Source: an uncultured bacterium
GTDB taxonomy: Bacteria > Babelota > Babeliae > Babelales > JABCYS01
DNA length: 64,000 bases
Reading direction: 5' to 3'
Assembly: GCA_963705705.1 (NCBI GenBank)
Contig: CAVPKK010000001.1
Location: 1 to 64,000 of the forward strand
The position numbers were made by a program, and so were the translations under genes. The notes beneath the pieces are model-generated. The model was not told where the DNA came from. It did no database searches and saw only the letters and a list, made by a program, of their open reading frames with translations. This document shows, in pieces, positions 58,296-64,000 of the stretch. Within the stretch, counting starts at the first letter, position 1, and the number at the start of each line of letters is the position of its first letter.

Positions 58296-58547
58296 TTACC
58301 CGTTTGCTGGTTTGCTGGTAAATACCTTGTGTAGGCGAGCAGCGGTATCACTTAATACAGCGCCCTTCTTTATCCAGCTTTGCACTTTATCAAGGTGGTA
58401 TTGTACAAATTGCTTACGTTCTGGATCATACGTACCCAAGTTTTCAATATATTCGCCATTGCGCTTTTTGCGTGAATCAATAGCTACGAATCGATACATA
58501 GGTGCGGCTTTTTTGCCAATACGAGCAAGTCTTATTTTTACTGCCAT
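58296..58547 (-). CDS. rpsP: 30S ribosomal protein S16
   Basis: MAVKIRLARIGKK..P.YR, IENLGTYDP. Confidence 0.97.
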   Translation of the reverse strand: MAVKIRLARIGKKAAPMYRFVAIDSRKKRNGEYIENLGTYDPERKQFVQYHLDKVQSWIKKGAVLSDTAARLHKVFTSKPANG

Positions 58548-58560
58548 GTAGGTCCTGTAA

Positions 58561-59868
58561 TTACTTATATTTATTGTAGAGCTTTAAAAGTTTAACCATT
58601 TTCTTGCTTTCTTCAAACCGGGTCAATAAAGCATTCACTTCAGCCGGGGTAGTTCCGGACCCCTTAGCAATCCGCATTTTACGCTGCCCATTGAGTAATT
58701 CGGGCCGTAGCCGCTCCTTACGGGTCATCGAAGAAATAATGGCCTTGTACCCTTTGAGCTCCTTTTCAACTCTGGCTAACTGCTCATCGCTTACCGATTG
58801 CCCCCCGGGCATGTAGCGAGCCAAGCTACTTATAGGCCCCATGGAATTCAGCATAGTGATCTGCTGGGCAAAATCTTCCAAGGTGATGTGACCTGAATTT
58901 ATGGTGGCGGCAGCACGGGCTTTTTCTTCCTCGCGCAAGGCAGTTTCAGCTTTTTCAATCAGGGATAAGATATCCCCCAAGCCGATAATCCGCCGAGCTA
59001 CGCGGTCGGGGTGAAAGAGCTCAAGGTCATCAATCTTTTCCCCAGTTCCCATAAAAAGGATGGGTTTTTTGAACTGATGGCGGATTGAAATAGCGGCGCC
59101 GGCCTTGGCTGACCCATCCATCTTGGTCAATAATACGCCCGTATATCCTACCGACTCAAAGGCTTTTCCAATAGCTAATGATTGTTGGCCAGTCATAGCA
59201 TCGAGTACTAAAAATTTGTATGGATTTTCCAGCATTCCAGCTATTTCTTTTAGTTCATCAAGCAAAGGCTCATCAACATGCAATCGCCCTGCTGTATCAA
59301 GAATTAATAGATCATATTTTTTTGCTTCATATTCATGCTTAATTTCTCGTGCGGCATCAATTGGATTGGTGGAAGCTGTTCGATAAAAATCACAGCTTAC
59401 TTTGCCGGCTAATTGTTCGAGCTGGTCAATCGCTGCCGGCCGGTTGAAATCCACGGACGCGAGCAATATACGCTTTACATCCGATTTCATGGCATGAGCC
59501 GCAATTTTCCCAGCCATAGTTGTTTTACCCGCCCCCTGCAAACCAAGTAATAGCACGACTGACGGTGCTTTAAAGGTAAAAGGCTGTTGGTTACCACCCA
59601 AAAGCTCAACCAGCTGCTCGTAAACGATTTTAATAAAATGATCACCAGCTTTTAACCGGGCATGGACTTGTTCATTCATTGCCCTGCTCTTTACCCCAGC
59701 TAAGAAGCTTTCGGCAACTTCATACGGCACATCGGCTTGCAACAGGATATCGAACATCTCAGTGCAAGCGCCTTTGATACTCTCTTCGGTTAGCTTAGAT
59801 TCGCCGGAGATACGGCTAAAGAAATTAGATAATGAACGCGATATGGTTTGAAACATGGTGCAATCCAA
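58561..59868 (-). CDS. ffh: Signal recognition particle protein Ffh
   Basis: GLQGAGKTT, DTAGRLH, TKMDG, RMRIAKGSG-like M domain; start may be MFQTI. Confidence 0.96.
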   Translation of the reverse strand: MDCTMFQTISRSLSNFFSRISGESKLTEESIKGACTEMFDILLQADVPYEVAESFLAGVKSRAMNEQVHARLKAGDHFIKIVYEQLVELLGGNQQPFTFKAPSVVLLLGLQGAGKTTMAGKIAAHAMKSDVKRILLASVDFNRPAAIDQLEQLAGKVSCDFYRTASTNPIDAAREIKHEYEAKKYDLLILDTAGRLHVDEPLLDELKEIAGMLENPYKFLVLDAMTGQQSLAIGKAFESVGYTGVLLTKMDGSAKAGAAISIRHQFKKPILFMGTGEKIDDLELFHPDRVARRIIGLGDILSLIEKAETALREEEKARAAATINSGHITLEDFAQQITMLNSMGPISSLARYMPGGQSVSDEQLARVEKELKGYKAIISSMTRKERLRPELLNGQRKMRIAKGSGTTPAEVNALLTRFEESKKMVKLLKLYNKYK

Positions 59869-60139
59869 TGTTAGCGAAGCGAATCGGGAAATTTAGTTCC
59901 CAAACCCAGCGACATATAGGTGATGATAGTCACACAACAATTTAGAAGTAATTATAAGTAATGTAGCAAAGAAAGTCCGGTTAGAGGAGCCTAAATTCTA
60001 TTAATAACATTCAAGGCGCTCGGTGTGCCATAAAAGAGCCTATTTCTTTCAATAGGAAAACTATTCAACCTTTAACCTAGCCCTTTTGATAGGAAGTAGG
60101 CCATGGTAGCCTATAAAAGCTTATTTCGGAGGAGCAACA

Positions 60140-61042
60140 ATGAAAAATATCATATTTCTACCATTGGCACTGATACTTGCCTCAACTACATTTGGCACAA
60201 ATAATACAGCCGATGTTCAACCTGATCATGCTGTAGCTTTGCTAAATTCAATACAAGACACGGTTAAACATCTTATTCTGCCACCAGCGCAACGAGTTCA
60301 ATGCTCACCAGAGCAAGCGGTTGCCGTTAAAGAGCAGTTACAATCTATAAAATCTTGTTGTGTGTGTTTGGATGGCATGCCGCTTAAAGACCTATTAACA
60401 GAATTACCAATTAAGGAATGGTTCGCACGTGCAAAAACAGCAATGCAAGGGAATCGAGGTTCGTTAATTAAATTAATTAATGATCAGCCCGAAAACCTCT
60501 TTAATAATAAGAGCACTGCGGTAAAACTGTTGCGTGCTTGTCTTGAATCAGTTGGCGATCCAGCATTCCAACAGTTGCTGGTGCAACATATTAAAAGCAT
60601 TCATCGCCATCTATTGGCAGTAGCGGAAAAGCATGTTCATGATCTGGCTAATAAGATTAATGTCGATTCGCACGTAGCGAATAAAACATTAGCGCAATTG
60701 AAAACTATCGAACCGCACGTTGAGAGGCTGGTAAAAATCAGCTGCGGCTTAGCGCACAATCATACAGTTCCTTTTTATAACAACCTTGCTTCGGAACTAG
60801 CGGCCGATGAAAAAACACAATTTCCTAAAAAGCGCGGCATCGCATGCTCATTCAAGCCAATGGCAACGTATGCATTAGTTAAAAACTTTTATGATGAAGC
60901 CATAAAACCATGGTGGGTAAGCGCGAAGGAATTACCTGATGAGGCTGTCGATTTAGATACTATCTGCCTAAAATCCGATTTCTTCATGGCATTGTGTGAT
61001 GAGCTCATTACGATTTGCGATACGAAAATTCAATCAAATTAA
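60140..61042 (+). CDS. Secreted helical hypothetical protein (local family copy 1)
   Basis: GGAGGAG RBS; signal peptide; terminator downstream. Confidence 0.8.
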   Translation: MKNIIFLPLALILASTTFGTNNTADVQPDHAVALLNSIQDTVKHLILPPAQRVQCSPEQAVAVKEQLQSIKSCCVCLDGMPLKDLLTELPIKEWFARAKTAMQGNRGSLIKLINDQPENLFNNKSTAVKLLRACLESVGDPAFQQLLVQHIKSIHRHLLAVAEKHVHDLANKINVDSHVANKTLAQLKTIEPHVERLVKISCGLAHNHTVPFYNNLASELAADEKTQFPKKRGIACSFKPMATYALVKNFYDEAIKPWWVSAKELPDEAVDLDTICLKSDFFMALCDELITICDTKIQSN

Positions 61043-61054
61043 GAATATTAAACA

Positions 61055-61084
61055 AAATGGGCCTAGTTGATCTAGGCCTTTTTT
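61055..61084 (+). terminator. Rho-independent terminator
   Basis: GGCCTAG-loop-CTAGGCC followed by T-run. Confidence 0.7.
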
Positions 61085-61114
61085 GTTGCCTGGAAAACAA
61101 AATTGCCACATCCG

Positions 61115-61159
61115 AGTTGCGTTGAAAACATAATTTGTTACCCTACTTCGAACTTAATT
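61115..61159 (+). repeat. 45-bp direct repeat (second copy 62352-62396), probable duplicated promoter
   Basis: AGTTGCGTTGAA(A/T)ACATAATTTGTTACCCTACTTCGAACTTAATT, one mismatch between copies. Confidence 0.85.
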
Positions 61160-61320
61160 TATCTCTTCAGGGAGTTTCCATGACAGGTTAGGTCATGTGC
61201 CGGGGCTTTGTGTTTGTGTCTAAAAGAAACACACTTCTCAATTATTGCTGACACCGTTTGCGACGTGTTGCAATCTTGCTAGGATGCTCATCCATCTAAA
61301 TTCATATATCTGGAGCCGAC

Positions 61321-62322
61321 ATGCACCGCATCTTATTTTGCTCGATTTTAATGTCATCATTCTGCCCCCCCATGCAAGCGGGCAATGCCAAATTGTCCAA
61401 AGGGATAGACCAACCTAAGCAACGATGTATTGCGCATCATGCGATAAAAAACTTGGTAATCAATCCTTCCTTTATCAAAGTTGTTAATGCATTCGAAAAC
61501 TTGATCAACAAAACCGGCATTCTAATTTTAGATCAAGTCTCCTTAACTAAGGAGGAGGCTGAATACTTAAAAACATTTTTTAGCGCCCTGGCAATGGACT
61601 TTTCAACATCTGGACAATTCCCAACTTTTAAAGGGATTATCGATACATTTGATAAAGTGTGTGATACTACGTGGTGCGATAGAACCATGCTGAAAATCAA
61701 AATAGGCGATGCATTTATCCGGGTTTTACTCTTTCCAGAATTCCAAACAGAATTAACCAAGGTAGTTGGAATTTTGGCGGATGCGGCTGACGATCTGCCG
61801 TCGCCTAAGATTCCATCGAAAAGAAAAATTTCAGTTTTTAGTGATATTGAAGAAGTTCTCAGACAATTGCACGTTTGCAAACCAAGACTTGCAAATTGGG
61901 TAAAATATGGATGCGAAATTTCACACAATATGATTCTTGACCAAATAAACGGTCTGGCTAGCTGCTATACCGCTTTTGCGAATAGAATGACATACCCTAT
62001 GTGGGGTGCTCCTACTGAATATTATAAAATTAGATCACTCGAACAACCAATATGCCTTTCAGCGGAATCTCTCAAAGTTCATAATGAAGTTATTGAGTTC
62101 AGCGCGCTCAGTTTTCCGTCATTAAAAAACGCAAAGCATGACGTAGATATCAAACATCTAAAGGAAGAAATTTTACTTCTAATTAATGCTTTTCAAGCTG
62201 CAGGCATTAAAACAGTGCCGGCAATAATCGAACGTTGGATCAAAACAATTGAGGAAAAAGCTATTTTGACCGAAGAAAACGATCCTTATGATTTAAGATG
62301 CTTTTTATTTCAAGTTTCATAA
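61321..62322 (+). CDS. Secreted helical hypothetical protein (local family copy 2)
   Basis: GGAG RBS; signal peptide; weak similarity to 60140. Confidence 0.75.
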   Translation: MHRILFCSILMSSFCPPMQAGNAKLSKGIDQPKQRCIAHHAIKNLVINPSFIKVVNAFENLINKTGILILDQVSLTKEEAEYLKTFFSALAMDFSTSGQFPTFKGIIDTFDKVCDTTWCDRTMLKIKIGDAFIRVLLFPEFQTELTKVVGILADAADDLPSPKIPSKRKISVFSDIEEVLRQLHVCKPRLANWVKYGCEISHNMILDQINGLASCYTAFANRMTYPMWGAPTEYYKIRSLEQPICLSAESLKVHNEVIEFSALSFPSLKNAKHDVDIKHLKEEILLLINAFQAAGIKTVPAIIERWIKTIEEKAILTEENDPYDLRCFLFQVS

Positions 62323-62418
62323 GTAAAACGTTGCTCCTGCGCCATTTTCTCAGTTGCGTTGAATACATAATTTGTTACCCTACTTCGAACTTAATTCATA
62401 TTTCTAGGAATAAACACC

Positions 62419-63054
62419 ATGATTAAACTCCGCTCACTTTTGGCGATAAGCATCCTTTCCCTTCTGGGCCTTTCCGGCTGCGCTCGATACAAGGCGAAGC
62501 CGCTAAATAAATTATTTACCAACACGAGCAAACAGCATACGCATCAGTGCATTTGCTTTAATCATTACGCCTTTACGCGTTCAGATTGCAAAACACATCT
62601 TGATCGCAATGTGATTGCCGAAGGTTACCAACCGGTACAAATTGAAATCACAAATAATTCAAACCATAGCCTACGCCTGTCGGCTGATTCATTCCCATTC
62701 CCAATTGCATCGCCTGAAACCATTGCGCGACTCGTTCACACCGATACAGTCGGCCGCTCGGTAGGATATGGTGTGCTTGGCTTCTTTATGTGGCCGTTTA
62801 TCATCCCTGCAATCGTTGATGGTATTGGTTCTGCAGAAGCTAACGAAGCGCTTGATGACGACTTTGCACAAAAAAGCCTACGTGCTTCTCATATTATTCA
62901 GCCGAATAGCTCAGTGAACGGCCTTATCTTTGTGCCAGTCAATGAGTTTTATGAAGACTTCAGCTTCACGCTTGTAGATACCGAGAACAATAAGAAATAT
63001 GTGTTGTCGGCGGCTAAGCCAAAAGTTATGGTCGTTAGCCACATAGTTGGATAA
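62419..63054 (+). CDS. Putative lipoprotein
   Basis: Lipobox LSGC after a hydrophobic stretch; internal hydrophobic GYGVLGFFMWPFIIPAIVDG. Confidence 0.8.
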   Translation: MIKLRSLLAISILSLLGLSGCARYKAKPLNKLFTNTSKQHTHQCICFNHYAFTRSDCKTHLDRNVIAEGYQPVQIEITNNSNHSLRLSADSFPFPIASPETIARLVHTDTVGRSVGYGVLGFFMWPFIIPAIVDGIGSAEANEALDDDFAQKSLRASHIIQPNSSVNGLIFVPVNEFYEDFSFTLVDTENNKKYVLSAAKPKVMVVSHIVG

Positions 63055-63074
63055 CCTTTTTTTAGAATATTTTT

Positions 63075-63108
63075 AAAAGGTCCCTGGTTTATACCGGGGA
63101 CCTTTTTT
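63075..63108 (+). terminator. Rho-independent terminator
   Basis: AAAAGGTCCC...GGGACCTTTTTT. Confidence 0.75.
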
Positions 63109-63215
63109 GTTGCAAAAGGAAATGTACAAATCCAGCTATAGTACGAGCTATTGCGCGCCTAAAAAGTTGTGTTAGGCTCAGCGACCTCATAGCATTACAT
63201 AACTGGACTTTTTAT

Positions 63216-64000
63216 ATGCAACGTACATTTATCAGAACCCTTCTTGCAACATTACTCATATGCCCGTTCCTTTTAACGCAGCAAATCGAAGATATGCCAT
63301 CCCCACATGATGATATTTGGCGGGATGAAGAACACTGTTATGACCCTGAACCACAAAGCACCGCCACGCCGCAATATTGGAGTCATGATAAGCGCGAATT
63401 AATGGCGGAAAAGATCAGAATCGCTATCAAGGATCACCCTATTGAATGTGCTGAAATTAAAGCAATTATCTATGATCTCATTGCAGTATGGGCAAAAACA
63501 ATTTCTCAATATATAGATCTAACACCACAAGAAGCGGCGCGAGCAAAAGAATATTGCATCAAATTAAAGACGGAACTTTCCGTGAGCAGTGAGACGGCTT
63601 GCTCAATTTTTTCTGAGATTAGCCCACAAACTGAAGAGTTATTTCCGGGTAAAAACAATAGTCGTTGCAATGCGCTCCGCGATGCTTGGAAAGAAATTGT
63701 CTTAGATCAAGCATTTAGGCACTATGTAATTGAACAGTTAGATAAACTAATCCCTGCATACATCGCCTTGCTAAGGGATGTTCATTTTAAGGATCCACAA
63801 TTACAGGAAGCAATTCAGGCATATCGAGCCAATCTACAATTCTCTAATGATCATCTTGATGCGGTAATTTGTTGCGCGTGCACCATGTTCTATGCCTTGT
63901 TTGAATTCGGTCCGTTCGACAACAGGCTTGGAAGACTTTTGGAAGTCTTGGTGCAGAAAGATATTGAACATGCAGCCAAGCATTTACTGGATGATGGCGC
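63216..64000 (+). CDS. Secreted helical hypothetical protein (local family copy 3, runs off window end)
   Basis: Manual translation open from MQRTFIRTLLATLLICPFLL to the end of the window. Confidence 0.75.
   Translation, partial: MQRTFIRTLLATLLICPFLLTQQIEDMPSPHDDIWRDEEHCYDPEPQSTATPQYWSHDKRELMAEKIRIAIKDHPIECAEIKAIIYDLIAVWAKTISQYIDLTPQEAARAKEYCIKLKTELSVSSETACSIFSEISPQTEELFPGKNNSRCNALRDAWKEIVLDQAFRHYVIEQLDKLIPAYIALLRDVHFKDPQLQEAIQAYRANLQFSNDHLDAVICCACTMFYALFEFGPFDNRLGRLLEVLVQKDIEHAAKHLLDDG

Noticed and set aside
59869..60139. SRP (4.5S) RNA next to ffh
   Set aside because: No recognisable SRP domain IV motif on either strand
1..64000. CRISPR array, tRNA, rRNA, integrase or transposase
   Set aside because: No regularly spaced repeats, T-loop/cloverleaf signatures or recombinase motifs were seen by eye; a tRNAscan/Infernal run would be needed to exclude them fully

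Overview
This is a bacterial chromosome segment. Its gene content, including many signal-peptide proteins with eukaryote-like repeats, fits a protist-infecting intracellular bacterium, most plausibly Candidatus Dependentiae/Babelota (TM6); that assignment is an inference. Bases 1-23.6 kb hold the fused str-S10-spc-alpha ribosomal superoperon on the minus strand, plus rseP and a lone rplM. Bases 23.7-46.4 kb hold an expanded cluster of secreted proteins: seven Sel1/TPR-repeat paralogs, three paralogs of an unknown ~250-aa family, a eukaryote-type USP (C19) deubiquitinase and two LRR proteins, interrupted by an antiporter and hisS. Bases 46-64 kb hold housekeeping genes (pepP, recR, yidC, murI, murC, rplS, a trmD-SPOUT fusion, rpsP, ffh) mixed with small secreted proteins. 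The best candidate for an undescribed system is a modular host-ubiquitin-manipulation effector island. Its proteins combine a signal peptide plus ATSAP motif, a helical module, a Cys-free U-box/RING-like domain (5 copies), Sel1 repeats, UIM-like helices and interchangeable eukaryotic C-terminal address tags (bipartite NLS or CaaX), and they flank the USP gene. Single-base indels in essential r-protein genes (rplB, rpsJ, rpsC, rplS) show the assembly is error-prone, so all frameshift interpretations need caution. No rRNA, tRNA, CRISPR array or transposase was seen.
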